Notes under the pieces: model-generated
The model's database searches: none
The model's input: only the letters and a program-made list of their open reading frames with translations
What the model was told of the DNA's origin: nothing
Position numbers and translations under genes: made by a program
Origin: Thermoplasmata archaeon
GTDB lineage: Archaea; Thermoplasmatota; Thermoplasmata; Lutacidiplasmatales; UBA184
Direction: 5' to 3'
Assembly: GCA_021816955.1 (NCBI GenBank)
Contig: JAKAWP010000003.1
Span: 5,344 to 69,343 of the forward strand
Length of the DNA: 64,000 nt
Shown: piece by piece, positions 25,788-35,882 of the stretch
How positions within the stretch are numbered: the stretch's first letter is position 1
Layout: the number at the start of each line of letters is the position of its first letter

Positions 25788-27500
25788 TTGCGAGGCGCCG
25801 TGGGGACCGGCGACGAGCTCGCGGCGATCTTCCGGTCGATCGCCGACCTACTCGACCTCGCCGGCGAGCGGTTCAAGCCGGAGGCGTACCGTCGGGCGGC
25901 CCGCTCGCTCGAGAGCCTCGGCGACGAGGTGCGCGCCATCGCCGCGCGCGGCGACCTCCGGTCGATCCCGGGGGTCGGCGACGCGATCGCCGAAAAGATC
26001 GAGGAGTACCTGCGGACGGGCCGGATCGACTACTACGAGCGGGTGCGCGAGACCGTGCCCGAAGGAGTGCGCGCGCTGCTCGCGGTGGAGGGGATCGGTC
26101 CGAAGACCGCCCGCCGCTTGTGGGTCGAGCTCGGCGTCGACGGCCCCGGGCCGCTCGCGGCGGCGATCGCCGACGGGCGGCTCCGCGGCGTCGCCGGCTT
26201 CGGGCCGACGCGCCTCGCCAAGATCGCGGCCGCCCTCCGGGCGGCCTCCGAACGGCCCGAGGCGGGCCGGCGACGGCCGATCGAATCGGTCTACCCGGTC
26301 GCCGTGGAGCTCGCGGAGACGCTCCGCCGCCGGGCGGTTGTCGACGAGGCGGAGGTCGCGGGCAGCGTCCGCCGGTTCCGGGAGACGGTCGGGGACGTCG
26401 ATTTGCTCGTGACGTCCCGCACCCCCGCGGCGGTGTTCGACGTGGTGAGCGCGCTTCCGATCGTCGCGGAGGTCGTGCTGCGCGGACCGACGAAAGAGAC
26501 CGTGCGGACGCGGGACGGGCTCCAGATCGATGTCCGCGTCGTTGCACCGGAATCGTTCGGGGCGGCGCTTCAGTACTTCACCGGGTCGAAGGAGCACAAC
26601 GTCCGGCTCCGGTCGCTCGCCCGCGAGGCCGGGCTCAAGATCAACGAGTACGGCGTCTATCGAGGCGACGAACGCGTCGCCGGACGGACCGAGGCGGACG
26701 TCTACGCCGCGCTCGGCCTGCCGGTGATCCCGCCCGAGCTGCGCGAAGACCGGGGTGAGATCGACCTCGCCCGTCGCGGCCGACTCCCCGAACTCGTCGA
26801 GCGTTCGACCGTGCGGGGCGACCTCCACGTCCACTGGGACGCGGCCCGGGGTCCCGACGACGTCGCGGCGCTCGCGGCGGAGGGGGTTCGGCGGGGCCTG
26901 TCGTACCTGGGCGTGGTCGTGCGCACCGTCGACGCGGACGGCGCACAAGACGTCGTCGCCCCCGAAGTCGACCGGGCAATCCGGACCGCGGCGGTCCCGG
27001 GGATCCGGCTCTATCGGGCCGTCGAGGTGCCGTTCGGGGCGCCGGAGCCGTCCGACGGCGAACGGACCGGCGACTACGTGATCCGCACCGGCCGCGTCGT
27101 TCGACCGGCCGGCCCCGGCGGGCCCGGCCGCGCCGGGCTCGGGGCCCACCTTTCCCTCGCGAGCGAATCGGAGCGGGCGGCGGTCTTCGACCTCGCCGCG
27201 CGGACCGGGGTCGCCCTGGAGGTCGGACCGGGCCCGGGCCGCCTCGGCCCGGAGCTGGCCCGGCGCGCGGTCGAACGGGGGATCCGGCTCCATCTCCCGA
27301 CGGGGATCGGAGCGGCGGCCGACCGGGCGACCGGCGACATCGCTCTCGGGTTCGCCCGGCGGGCCGGCGTCGGGGCGGCAGCGGTCGTGAACACGGCCGC
27401 CGATCCGGGTCCCGCGCTCGCCGGCGGCGGGCTCACGCCGCGACCATCCGGGCGAGCGCCGCGCGCGCCCGGTCCGCCACGGCCGGGTCGACGTCGATGA
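25788..27500 (+). CDS. polX: family X DNA polymerase with C-terminal PHP-like domain
   Basis: HhH motifs (IPGVGDAIAEKI, VEGIGPKTARRL), catalytic GSVRRFRETVGDVDLLV and QIDVRVV, and YFTGSKEHN. The PHP region begins GDLHVHW. Start is TTG 25788 or GTG 25800. Confidence 0.85.
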   Translation: MRGAVGTGDELAAIFRSIADLLDLAGERFKPEAYRRAARSLESLGDEVRAIAARGDLRSIPGVGDAIAEKIEEYLRTGRIDYYERVRETVPEGVRALLAVEGIGPKTARRLWVELGVDGPGPLAAAIADGRLRGVAGFGPTRLAKIAAALRAASERPEAGRRRPIESVYPVAVELAETLRRRAVVDEAEVAGSVRRFRETVGDVDLLVTSRTPAAVFDVVSALPIVAEVVLRGPTKETVRTRDGLQIDVRVVAPESFGAALQYFTGSKEHNVRLRSLAREAGLKINEYGVYRGDERVAGRTEADVYAALGLPVIPPELREDRGEIDLARRGRLPELVERSTVRGDLHVHWDAARGPDDVAALAAEGVRRGLSYLGVVVRTVDADGAQDVVAPEVDRAIRTAAVPGIRLYRAVEVPFGAPEPSDGERTGDYVIRTGRVVRPAGPGGPGRAGLGAHLSLASESERAAVFDLAARTGVALEVGPGPGRLGPELARRAVERGIRLHLPTGIGAAADRATGDIALGFARRAGVGAAAVVNTAADPGPALAGGGLTPRPSGRAPRAPGPPRPGRRR

Positions 27501-28338
27501 CGTAGCGCTGGTCGCGCAGCGAGTTGCGGACGTCCTCGAGGTCGATCGTCTTCATGAACGGGCAGACCGCCCCGTCGTCGATCGGGACGAACGCCGTCGA
27601 CGGGTTGATCCGGCGCATCCGGTGGAGGATCCCGATCTCCGTGGCGACGAGGACCTCGCGATCGTGCGTCGACTCGGCGAACCGGAGCATCCCATCGGTG
27701 GAGAGGACCCGGTCGACGTGCGGGAGCGCCTCGGAGGTGCAACCGCACTCCGGATGCGCCACGACGGTCGCCCCGGGATGCGCCGCGCGCGCCACCTCGA
27801 GCCGTTCCGGCCGCAGGCGGGCGTGGACGTGGCAGTCGCCGGCCCACAGGTGCAGGCGTCGCCCCGTCCGCCGCCGCAGATAGTCGCCGAGGAACATGTC
27901 GGGGAGGAACAAGATCTCGCGGTCGGCAGGGATGCTCCGGACGACGCGCTCGGCGTTCGAGCTCGTGCAGATGTAGTCGCTCTCCGCCTTGACGTCGGCC
28001 GAGGTGTTGATGTAGGCGACGACGACGGCGCCCGGGTGCTCGGCCTTCCACGCGCGCAGCTGATCGGCCGTGATCGAGTCGGCGAGGCTGCAGCCGGCCC
28101 CGAGGTCGGGAAGGAGCACGGTGCGCGTCGGGTTCAGGATCTTCGCGGTCTCGGCCATGAACCGCACCCCGGCGAAGACGATCACCGGTCGGTCCGACTC
28201 CATCGCCTTCCGGGCCAGGTACAGCGAGTCGCCGACGTAGTCGGCGACGTCCTGGACCTCGCCCCGCTGGTAGTTGTGGGCGAGCAGGACCGCGCGACGG
28301 TCTTCCTTGAGGCGGAGCACCTCCGCTTCGAGCGACAC
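27433..28338 (-). CDS. nadA: quinolinate synthase
   Basis: 301 aa. LLAHNYQ, FMAETAKIL and HPECGC blocks. Confidence 0.93.
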   Translation of the reverse strand: MSLEAEVLRLKEDRRAVLLAHNYQRGEVQDVADYVGDSLYLARKAMESDRPVIVFAGVRFMAETAKILNPTRTVLLPDLGAGCSLADSITADQLRAWKAEHPGAVVVAYINTSADVKAESDYICTSSNAERVVRSIPADREILFLPDMFLGDYLRRRTGRRLHLWAGDCHVHARLRPERLEVARAAHPGATVVAHPECGCTSEALPHVDRVLSTDGMLRFAESTHDREVLVATEIGILHRMRRINPSTAFVPIDDGAVCPFMKTIDLEDVRNSLRDQRYVIDVDPAVADRARAALARMVAA

Positions 28339-28375
28339 GGGATCGTCCGGCGACGTTGCTAGTCGGCGAGGCCTC

Positions 28376-29293
28376 TTAACGCCGAGGGGAACGGGACCGG
28401 CGAAGCACGAGGTGGAACGGGAGCGACGGAGCGGAGTGGGTCAGGCGGCCGACGCTCGCCGCGTCCGCCCCGCTGCGGGCGTAGGCGGCGATGTTCGACA
28501 GATCGACGCCGCCCGACACCTCGATCCAGAGCCGGTCGCGCACCCCCGCGCGCCGAAGGGCGTCGACGATCCGGCGAGCCGTCCTCGGCGGAGTGTTGTC
28601 GAGGAGCAGGGCGTCCGCGCCCGCCCGCACCGCCTCGAGCGCCTCGGCCGGGGACCGGACTTCGACCTCGACCCGCTCCCGGGGGCGCCGGGCGCGGCGG
28701 GCCCGGGCGACCGCCCGGGCGAGCGGGACGAGCGCGAGGTGGTTCGTCTTGAGGAGCAGCGCCTCGGCGAGGTCCCGCCGGTGGGGACGGCCTCCCCCGT
28801 GGACGACGGCGGCCTTCTCGAGGTCGCGGAGCCCGGGCAGCGTCTTCCGCGTCGCCCAGATCTCAAAAGCGGGTCGGACCGCCCGCGCCCGCTCGACGAA
28901 GCGGGCGGTGAGCGTGGCGATGCCTGAGGCATGCATGAGTCCGTTCAAGAGCGTCCGCTCGACGGCCAGGATCGACCGGGCCGGTCCTTCGAGGAGGAGG
29001 ACGGGAGTCCCGGGACCGACCCGATCGCCGTCCCGTCGGACGAGGCGAACGGTAAGCCCTCCGGCCCGAGCGACGGCGGTCGCGAACCCGAGCCCCGAGA
29101 CGATGCCGAAAGCCTGCGCCTCGACCACCGCGCGGGCGGTAAGCGACGGAGCGACGACGCGGCGGGAGGTGCGATCGGCGCGCCAGCGATCCTCCGCGAG
29201 CGCGACCCGAGCGAGCGCGACGTCGACGCGACGGGGAACGGCGGTCGCCCGGGCGGTCCGGCCGGCGCCCATGGTACCCCGCCGGCCGTTCAT
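28376..29293 (-). CDS. nadC: nicotinate-nucleotide pyrophosphorylase (carboxylating)
   Basis: In-frame ATG 29293 of track ORF 28376..30037 overlaps the gcvT stop (ATGA). ERTLLNGLMHASGIAT, TRKTLPGLR and KTNH blocks. Confidence 0.9.
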   Translation of the reverse strand: MNGRRGTMGAGRTARATAVPRRVDVALARVALAEDRWRADRTSRRVVAPSLTARAVVEAQAFGIVSGLGFATAVARAGGLTVRLVRRDGDRVGPGTPVLLLEGPARSILAVERTLLNGLMHASGIATLTARFVERARAVRPAFEIWATRKTLPGLRDLEKAAVVHGGGRPHRRDLAEALLLKTNHLALVPLARAVARARRARRPRERVEVEVRSPAEALEAVRAGADALLLDNTPPRTARRIVDALRRAGVRDRLWIEVSGGVDLSNIAAYARSGADAASVGRLTHSAPSLPFHLVLRRSRSPRR

Positions 29294-30498
29294 GCCGACG
29301 GCCGCGGCGGCGCCGGCCGGGCGGGGACGAACGGGAGCGGGGCGACCACGCCGGGAACGGGTCGGCCGCGGATCTCGGCGGTGAGGGGAGTACCGGGGAC
29401 GGCGAGCGCGCGGGGCACGTAGGCGAGGCCGATCCCGACGCCGAGGGTCGGCGATATGCCGCCGCTCGTGAGCGCCCCCGCGAAACCGTCGCCGACCCGG
29501 ATCGGGGTCCCGTGCCGGGGGACGGCGCCCGCTTCGTCCAAGCGCACCCCGACCAATCGGTCCGTCGCCGGATCGTCCCGCTGGCGAACGAGGACGTCCC
29601 GTCCGTAGAACGCGTGGTCCCAGTCGACGAACCGCTCTTGGCCGGCCTCGATCGGGGTCCGGTCCCGGTGGAACTCCTGCCCGGAGAGCAGGTAGCCCTT
29701 TTCGAGCCGTAGCGTGTCGCGCGCGCCGAGGCCGGCCGGAACGACATCCGCCGTCGCGAGCCGCTCGGCGACGGCGACGGCCGCGTTCCCGGCGACGAAC
29801 AGTTCGTAGCCGAGCTCTCCGGTGTAGCCGGTGCGGCTGACCAGGACGTCGTCGGCCAGCGCGTCGGGGAACGGCCGGCCGATCGCGCCGTCCCGGCTCG
29901 TCGGGGACGTCGGGGCGAGCGGGAAGAACCGGGCGTGGTAGAACTTGAGCGACCCGAGCGACCAGCCGAACACCCGCTCCAGGACCGCTCGAGAGTCGGG
30001 TCCCTGCACCGCGACGATCGCCACCCGCCCGTTGCACCGTTCGATCGTCGTGTCGGGCCGGCGGTGCTGGGCGAGGATCTCCGTGATCTCCGCGGTCCGG
30101 GCGGCGTTCGGCACGACGAGGTAGCTCGGCGTCGCGCCGGCGTCGTCGCCGTGGAGGCGGCTCACGAGGAGGTCGTCGATGATCCGGCCCGTCGATTCGA
30201 GCGCGAAGGCGTACTTCGCCTGCCCCGGTCCGAGCCGTCCGACGTCCGCCGTCGTCCGGCGAGAGAGCAGCGCCGCGGCCGACGGACCGCGGACGGCGAG
30301 GATCCCCATGTGCGAAACGTCGAACGCCCCGACCGAGGCGCGCACCGCGCGGTGCTCGACGAGGATGCTCGAGTAGTAGAGCGGCATCTCCCAGCCGGCG
30401 AACGGGACGAGATGCGCCCCGTGCGCCCGGTGGAACGGCGCGAGGACGGTCCGCTCGAGCGCCGGCGCGGCCGCCGGTCCGTTGGCGGCGTCGGTCAC
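29290..30498 (-). CDS. gcvT: glycine cleavage system T protein (aminomethyltransferase)
   Basis: In frame within track ORF 29290..31701. GTG 30498 overlaps the purP stop (GTGA). FAGWEMPLYY, FDVSHMG, SRTGYTGELGYEL and ARDTLRLEKG blocks. Confidence 0.9.
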   Translation of the reverse strand: MTDAANGPAAAPALERTVLAPFHRAHGAHLVPFAGWEMPLYYSSILVEHRAVRASVGAFDVSHMGILAVRGPSAAALLSRRTTADVGRLGPGQAKYAFALESTGRIIDDLLVSRLHGDDAGATPSYLVVPNAARTAEITEILAQHRRPDTTIERCNGRVAIVAVQGPDSRAVLERVFGWSLGSLKFYHARFFPLAPTSPTSRDGAIGRPFPDALADDVLVSRTGYTGELGYELFVAGNAAVAVAERLATADVVPAGLGARDTLRLEKGYLLSGQEFHRDRTPIEAGQERFVDWDHAFYGRDVLVRQRDDPATDRLVGVRLDEAGAVPRHGTPIRVGDGFAGALTSGGISPTLGVGIGLAYVPRALAVPGTPLTAEIRGRPVPGVVAPLPFVPARPAPPRPSA

Positions 30499-31652
30499 GT
30501 GACGAGCTCCCCCAGGCGTCGCTCGCCGATCGCGCGACGGATCTCCAGTGCGAGCCGGCGACCCGAGCTCATCGGGGTGCGGTAGAGGGCGTTGCCGTAC
30601 GGGTGCCCGAGCGCCAGGTGGACGTTCGTCCCTCCGCCGATGCGCGCGGCGACGTCGAAGACGGTCGGCACTCCGTCCGGGTCGATCACGGTCTGCAGGC
30701 AGAACGGGCCAATGATGCCGGGCGGCGCGGCGCTCCGAGTCGCGTCGACGAACTTCTCGCCGAGCCGGAACACTTCCTCGAGGATCGACTCGCGCACCGT
30801 GAGGGTGCCGTGGCCGACGACGGTGTAGTCGGGGAGCCGGGCGGCCTCCCCGAGCTCGAGCTGCTGCGCGGCGGGGAGCCGCACGACTCCGTCGAGGGAG
30901 CTTTCCCGGCGCTCGTCGACGCCGAGCAACTCGAGCGCATCGGTGCGCGGGGCGAGCGGGGAGAAGAAGAAGTTGAAGTTGAAGACCGGGCCCAAGATGT
31001 ACCGTTCGATGCGCGCGCGGGCGAGATCGTCCGGGCGGATCGTGCCTTGCGCGATCAGGCGTTCCGACTTCGCCCGGAACTCCTCCGCGCTCGCGACGGT
31101 GAAGAATCCCCGCTCGAGCCGGCGGCGGGCGTGCGGCAACTTCACGATCGACAGGCCGTCGATCGCGGCCGGATCGGAGACGGCCGGCGGCGTGCGCACC
31201 CCGGCCCGCTCGAGGAGCGTGTAGTAGTTCTCGCGCTCCGTCCGCTCCTCGATCCGCAACAGCGCCCGGGCGCCGACGATCGGCACCGCGAACTCGGTCT
31301 CGATCGTTTCGAGCGGGACGTACGAGCTGAACGCCCGGTTCGGGACGAGCACGGCGTGGGCCGCCCGAAGCCGCTCCTGCTCGGCGGGCGTCGCGAGGTC
31401 GCGGAACGCCGGGTACGTCCAGACCTCGTCCACGCAGCCGCGCTCGAGGGTGCCGTCCGGCCCGCGGACGCTGCGGAAGTACTGGCGGTACGTCCGTTCC
31501 CGCCCGGCCTGGGCAAGGACGAGCGTCGGCAACCCCTCGGTCGCCGCGCCGTCCGCGATGTCGAGCGCCGAATGGGAGCCGACGGTCGCGACGCGGACGG
31601 CCTCGCCGTAGCTGTCGGCGATCGCCTGCATCGCGCGCCGGGAGACCCCCAT
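30495..31652 (-). CDS. purP: 5-formaminoimidazole-4-carboxamide ribonucleotide (FAICAR) synthetase, archaeal type
   Basis: 385 aa. VATVGSHSALDI, VPNRAFS, ATP-grasp-like middle region and PFCLQTVI...VFDVAARIGGGTN. Confidence 0.9.
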   Translation of the reverse strand: MGVSRRAMQAIADSYGEAVRVATVGSHSALDIADGAATEGLPTLVLAQAGRERTYRQYFRSVRGPDGTLERGCVDEVWTYPAFRDLATPAEQERLRAAHAVLVPNRAFSSYVPLETIETEFAVPIVGARALLRIEERTERENYYTLLERAGVRTPPAVSDPAAIDGLSIVKLPHARRRLERGFFTVASAEEFRAKSERLIAQGTIRPDDLARARIERYILGPVFNFNFFFSPLAPRTDALELLGVDERRESSLDGVVRLPAAQQLELGEAARLPDYTVVGHGTLTVRESILEEVFRLGEKFVDATRSAAPPGIIGPFCLQTVIDPDGVPTVFDVAARIGGGTNVHLALGHPYGNALYRTPMSSGRRLALEIRRAIGERRLGELVT

Positions 31653-31687
31653 GGCCGTCGGGGCGAACGGCCCCGGAGCTTAAGCGC

Positions 31688-33934
31688 TCACGCCGGCGCA
31701 CCGCGGCCGACCGGCGGCCGGTCGACCGTCCGCTCCGCGAGGGCCCGGGCGATCCGTTCGGGAGTCATCGGCAGCTCGAAGAGCGGCCGTCCGAGCGCAT
31801 CGTGGATCGCGGCGGCGATCGTCGCCGGCACCGGCACGATCGGGATCTCGCCGAGCCCCTTCGCGCCGAACGGCCCCGCGCCCCGGAACCCTTCCACGAA
31901 TTCGACCTCGATCGGCGGAACGTCGGTGATCGTCATCAGACGGTAGTCAAGCAGCCCGGGGTTCTCGAGGCGGCCGTCGTCGCGCCAGAGCATCTCCTCC
32001 GTCAGCGCCTCGCCGAGCCCCATCGCGACGCCGCCTTCGACCTGGGCGGTCGCCGTCCGGCGGTCGATGAGCGTTCCGACGTCGTGGATCGCGTGGTAGC
32101 GGACGACGCGGACGGCCCCGAGCTCCCGGTCGACTTCCACCTCGGCGACGTGGGCGGCCGCGGTGAAGTCCGTGAACGGGTGGAACTCCCCGACCACGGC
32201 CCGGGACGGGTCGATCCCCCCCTCCGCTCGGCCGTAATGCCGCCCGTCGACGACGAGTCGGCCGGCGCGGCGCTCGGAGTCGGTGAACAACGTCTCGACC
32301 GGCGCCGAGGTGCCGGGCGCCTCGAGCACGATCCGTCCGTCCGCCACGGCCAGGCGCGGTGTCGATCGGAGGCCCGCGCGCTCCTGGAGAACGGTGAGGA
32401 GCCGGCGGCTCGCCTTTTCGGCCGCCTGACCGAGGGCGGCGACGGTCCGGCTGCCGAAGACGCCGCTGTCGAACGGACCCGAGGCAGTGTCTTGGTAGCG
32501 GACGACGACGTGGGACGGCGGAAGCCCCAGGACCCGCTCGACGACCGCCGCGACGCCCCGGAGGACGCTCCCGCTCCCGATCTCCCGCTCCGACTGTTCG
32601 ACTTCGACCGCGGTCGGGGTCAGCACGACCCGGGCTTCGCCGCCGGCCCCGGCGCCGGTCGACCAGAAGCCGGCGCCGGTCCCGACGCCGTGGCCGGCGG
32701 GCAGATCGACGCGCCACGCCCGGACGACTTCGGCGGCGCGTTCGAGGCACCGGTCCAAGCCGAACGGACCGACGCGCTGGCCGAGCGTGGTCGTCTGCCC
32801 TTCCGTCCAGACGGTGGCTCGCCGGAGGCGGATCGGGTCCTCCCCGAGATGCGCCGCGAGGTGGGTGAGGTGCGACTCGATGGCGAAGGCGACTTGCGGG
32901 ATGAACGGAGCGCGATGGGGGCCGAACGGCGGCTTGTGGGTACGGATCGCGTAGCCTTCGATCTCGAGCGCCGGCGCGCCGTACGGGCCGAGGAGGAACC
33001 CGGCCGCGTACCCGAGCGTGAAGTCGCCTCCCGGCAGCGACGCCCCCGTGTCGAGGAGAAGCCGCGCCCGCCGGCCGACGACGCGACCGTTCCGCAGCGC
33101 GGTTTCGAGCCGAAGGACCGACGGTAGCGTGGTCCGTCCGAGCTGGAACTCCTCCGCGTAGCTCAAGGCGAGCCGCACCGGTCGGCCGCTGGCCCGGGAA
33201 AGCACGAGCGCGTATGGCTCGAGGAGCGCGGACCCCTTCGAGCCGAAGGCGCCGCCGACCCAGCTGCCTTCGACCACCAGCGACGACTCGGGGATCCCGA
33301 GAAGCGACGCGGTGTCCTCCCGGCAGCCGAACGGCGTCTGCGTGGACGTCGTGACGTGCCAGACGGATCCGGTCGCGTCGGCGACGCAGGCGTGGGGTTC
33401 GAGAGGCACCTGATGGACTCCCGACGTGCGGTACGTTTCCTGGAACAGTTCATCGGCGGTGCGGAACGCGCGATCGACCGGGCCGAATCGCGCGAGCACG
33501 TGGCCGTTGACGAGCGGGTGGTCGCGCATCGTCTCGGGCGATGGCCAGTCGGGAAACAGTCGGTCGAGATCCTCCACCGGCGCCTCGGCGTCGAGGCGCA
33601 CGCGCACCCGCGCGGCGGCGGCCCGGGCCCGCTCGAGCGTCGGAGCCGCGACTGCGGCGACCGGCTCGCCCCGGTAGCGCACGGCCGTCGAGGGGAAGAT
33701 CGGACGCTCCGGATCGCCCGACCCGTTCGGGAGGAGCCGGGGAAGGTCGGCCGCCGTGACGACGACGGCCTCCTCATCCGCGACCGCGGAGGCGTCGATC
33801 GCGACCAGCCGACCGGCCGCGGCGGGCGAAGGGACGAGCGCCCCCCACCACATGCCGGGACGCTCGACATCGACCCCATAGAGCACCTGCCCCGTGAGCT
33901 TCTCGAGGGCGTCGGGGCGCACCGAGTAGCTCAT
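31688..33934 (-). CDS. xanthine dehydrogenase-family molybdopterin-binding large subunit (substrate unknown)
   Basis: In-frame ATG 33934 overlaps the small-subunit stop (ATGA). 748 aa. GGAFGSKG, HQVPLEPHAC and PFGAKGLGE blocks. Confidence 0.88.
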   Translation of the reverse strand: MSYSVRPDALEKLTGQVLYGVDVERPGMWWGALVPSPAAAGRLVAIDASAVADEEAVVVTAADLPRLLPNGSGDPERPIFPSTAVRYRGEPVAAVAAPTLERARAAAARVRVRLDAEAPVEDLDRLFPDWPSPETMRDHPLVNGHVLARFGPVDRAFRTADELFQETYRTSGVHQVPLEPHACVADATGSVWHVTTSTQTPFGCREDTASLLGIPESSLVVEGSWVGGAFGSKGSALLEPYALVLSRASGRPVRLALSYAEEFQLGRTTLPSVLRLETALRNGRVVGRRARLLLDTGASLPGGDFTLGYAAGFLLGPYGAPALEIEGYAIRTHKPPFGPHRAPFIPQVAFAIESHLTHLAAHLGEDPIRLRRATVWTEGQTTTLGQRVGPFGLDRCLERAAEVVRAWRVDLPAGHGVGTGAGFWSTGAGAGGEARVVLTPTAVEVEQSEREIGSGSVLRGVAAVVERVLGLPPSHVVVRYQDTASGPFDSGVFGSRTVAALGQAAEKASRRLLTVLQERAGLRSTPRLAVADGRIVLEAPGTSAPVETLFTDSERRAGRLVVDGRHYGRAEGGIDPSRAVVGEFHPFTDFTAAAHVAEVEVDRELGAVRVVRYHAIHDVGTLIDRRTATAQVEGGVAMGLGEALTEEMLWRDDGRLENPGLLDYRLMTITDVPPIEVEFVEGFRGAGPFGAKGLGEIPIVPVPATIAAAIHDALGRPLFELPMTPERIARALAERTVDRPPVGRGAPA

Positions 33935-34410
33935 GCGACCTCCTTGGCCGCCCGCTGGGCGGCCCGAACGATCGAGGCGTAGCCGGTGCACCGGCAGAGG
34001 TTCCCTTCGAGCGCCGCGCGGACGGCGGCCGGGCTCCGATCGGCGCCCGGGGACGCCAAATGACCGACGAGCGCCATCACGAAGCCGGGAGTACAGTAGC
34101 CGCACTGAAGGCCGCCTTCGGCTTCGAACGCGCGGACGACCGCCCGGCCGACGGAGAGCGCCTCGACTCCTTCGATCGTCGTCACCGACGCGCCGTTCGC
34201 TTCGTGCGTCAGGAGAAGGCAGCTCAACATCGGACGGCCGTCGACGAGCACGGTGCACGCCCCGCAGTTACCGGCGCGGCACCCTTCCTTCGTTCCCTTG
34301 AGGGAAAGCCGCCAGCGCAGGGTGTCGAGCAGGCGTTCCCCGAACGGCACGTCCGCGACCTCGCGGCGCCGGCCGTTCACGACGAGCGAGACCCGGGCGC
34401 CCGACGTCAT
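33931..34410 (-). CDS. (2Fe-2S)-binding small subunit of the XDH-family enzyme
   Basis: CRAGNCGACTV and QCGYCTPG...CRCTGY motifs. ATG 34410 overlaps the FAD-subunit stop (ATGA). Confidence 0.9.
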   Translation of the reverse strand: MTSGARVSLVVNGRRREVADVPFGERLLDTLRWRLSLKGTKEGCRAGNCGACTVLVDGRPMLSCLLLTHEANGASVTTIEGVEALSVGRAVVRAFEAEGGLQCGYCTPGFVMALVGHLASPGADRSPAAVRAALEGNLCRCTGYASIVRAAQRAAKEVA

Positions 34411-35267
34411 GCGGCCGACCCCCGATCGGATCCGATTTGATCGGCCATCGCCACGGCCCGGATCGTTCGGGCGACGAGGATCGCGACCACGCGCCGTCGG
34501 TATCCTTCGGACGCCCGAAGGTCGCCCCGCAACGGAACGCGCTCGGCGACGGCGCGAGCGAACGTCTCGATCGCCGCGTCGCTCGGCCGGGCGCCGAGGG
34601 TCCGGTCGCGCTCGACCTGCGGCCGGGGCGGCACGCCGCCGATCGCGACCGTCCACTCGCTGGTTCCCGGGTCGAACGACCCGCCCACGGCGACATGGGA
34701 GATGTCGTTCACCGGACGGACCCGGTGCCATCGGTAGGCGGACGGGCGCGGAACGGGCAGCACGATTCGGCGGATCAGCTCGCCCGGCCGAAGCGCCGTC
34801 TCCCGCGAGGCGCGAACGAACTGGTCGACCGGGACCGTTCGGTGCCCGTCGGCGCCCACGAGCTCGACCGACGCGCCGACGGCGAGGAGGAGCGGGATCA
34901 CGTCAGAGGCGGGGGCCGCCCGCGCGAGGTTGCCGCCGAGGGTCGCCCGGTGGCGGAGCGCCGGTCCGCCGACCGCCAAGATCGCCTCGATGAGGCCGGG
35001 CACCGCTTGGCGCACGCGGGGGTCGGCTTGGATATCGGCCAGCGGCCGGGTGCTCCCGATCCGCAGGGCGTTCGGCGCCCACTCTAGCTCCCGCCACGGG
35101 AGCCGGGACAACGAGACGAGACGGCGCGGCCCCACCCGGCCCGCCTCGAGGTCGAGGAGGAGATCGGTCCCTCCCGCGATCGGAACGACGGCCGACGGGG
35201 GGTCGCTCGAGAAGTAGCGGAGCGCTTCGTCCTCCGTGGAAGGGGCGACCCACTCGACACCGGCCAT
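34407..35267 (-). CDS. FAD-binding medium subunit of the XDH-family enzyme
   Basis: PIAGGTDLL and ATLGGNLA motifs; 286 aa. Confidence 0.85.
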   Translation of the reverse strand: MAGVEWVAPSTEDEALRYFSSDPPSAVVPIAGGTDLLLDLEAGRVGPRRLVSLSRLPWRELEWAPNALRIGSTRPLADIQADPRVRQAVPGLIEAILAVGGPALRHRATLGGNLARAAPASDVIPLLLAVGASVELVGADGHRTVPVDQFVRASRETALRPGELIRRIVLPVPRPSAYRWHRVRPVNDISHVAVGGSFDPGTSEWTVAIGGVPPRPQVERDRTLGARPSDAAIETFARAVAERVPLRGDLRASEGYRRRVVAILVARTIRAVAMADQIGSDRGSAA

Positions 35268-35351
35268 GGCGGGGGCCGAGCCCGCCGACCGACTTATCGT
35301 TGTGGCCGGGGAACCGGCTTAATTTACCGCTGAACGAATACCCGGTCGTCG

Positions 35352-35882
35352 ATGCCGTTCGAACTGCCGCTTCGCTACACCACCCCTCTCACCCCGCTCG
35401 GCGATGTGAACGAAGTGCTGCGGGAGTTCCTGCGCCTCGTCGGCTACCTGCCCGAAGGGGATGACGGACGATCGACCGAGGGGCCGATCGAGACGGGCGT
35501 CGCGTTCCGGCTCGTTCGGGAGTGCTTCGTCGCCCAGCCCGAACGCGCGTGGTACGTCGAGGAGATCGCGGCGCGCCTCGGGACCTCGCGGCCGACGATC
35601 TATCGGCACATCAACAAGTTGAAGACCTTGGACCTGCTCGAGGAGGTCGGAGAGGTCAACGACGGCAAGGGGCGGAAGGGGTACCGGCTGCGCTACGGGA
35701 ATCTCGCCCGGGCGTGGGACTTCACCGAGGCGCACGCCCAGAACGCCCTGCGTCGCTACCGGGACACCGTGAACCATCTCGAAACGTTGATCGAAAAGGA
35801 GCGCGAACGCCCCCGGGAGCTGCCGGCCGAGCCGGCGCCGCGAGCGGCGCCGGCGGCGCGCGCGAGGAGCGGCGGGCGATGA
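35352..35882 (+). CDS. winged helix-turn-helix transcriptional regulator
   Basis: YVEEIAARLGTSRPTIYRHINKLKTLDLLEEV. TATA-like TTAATTTA (35319-35326) is centred about 29 nt upstream of the ATG. Confidence 0.65.
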   Translation: MPFELPLRYTTPLTPLGDVNEVLREFLRLVGYLPEGDDGRSTEGPIETGVAFRLVRECFVAQPERAWYVEEIAARLGTSRPTIYRHINKLKTLDLLEEVGEVNDGKGRKGYRLRYGNLARAWDFTEAHAQNALRRYRDTVNHLETLIEKERERPRELPAEPAPRAAPAARARSGGR

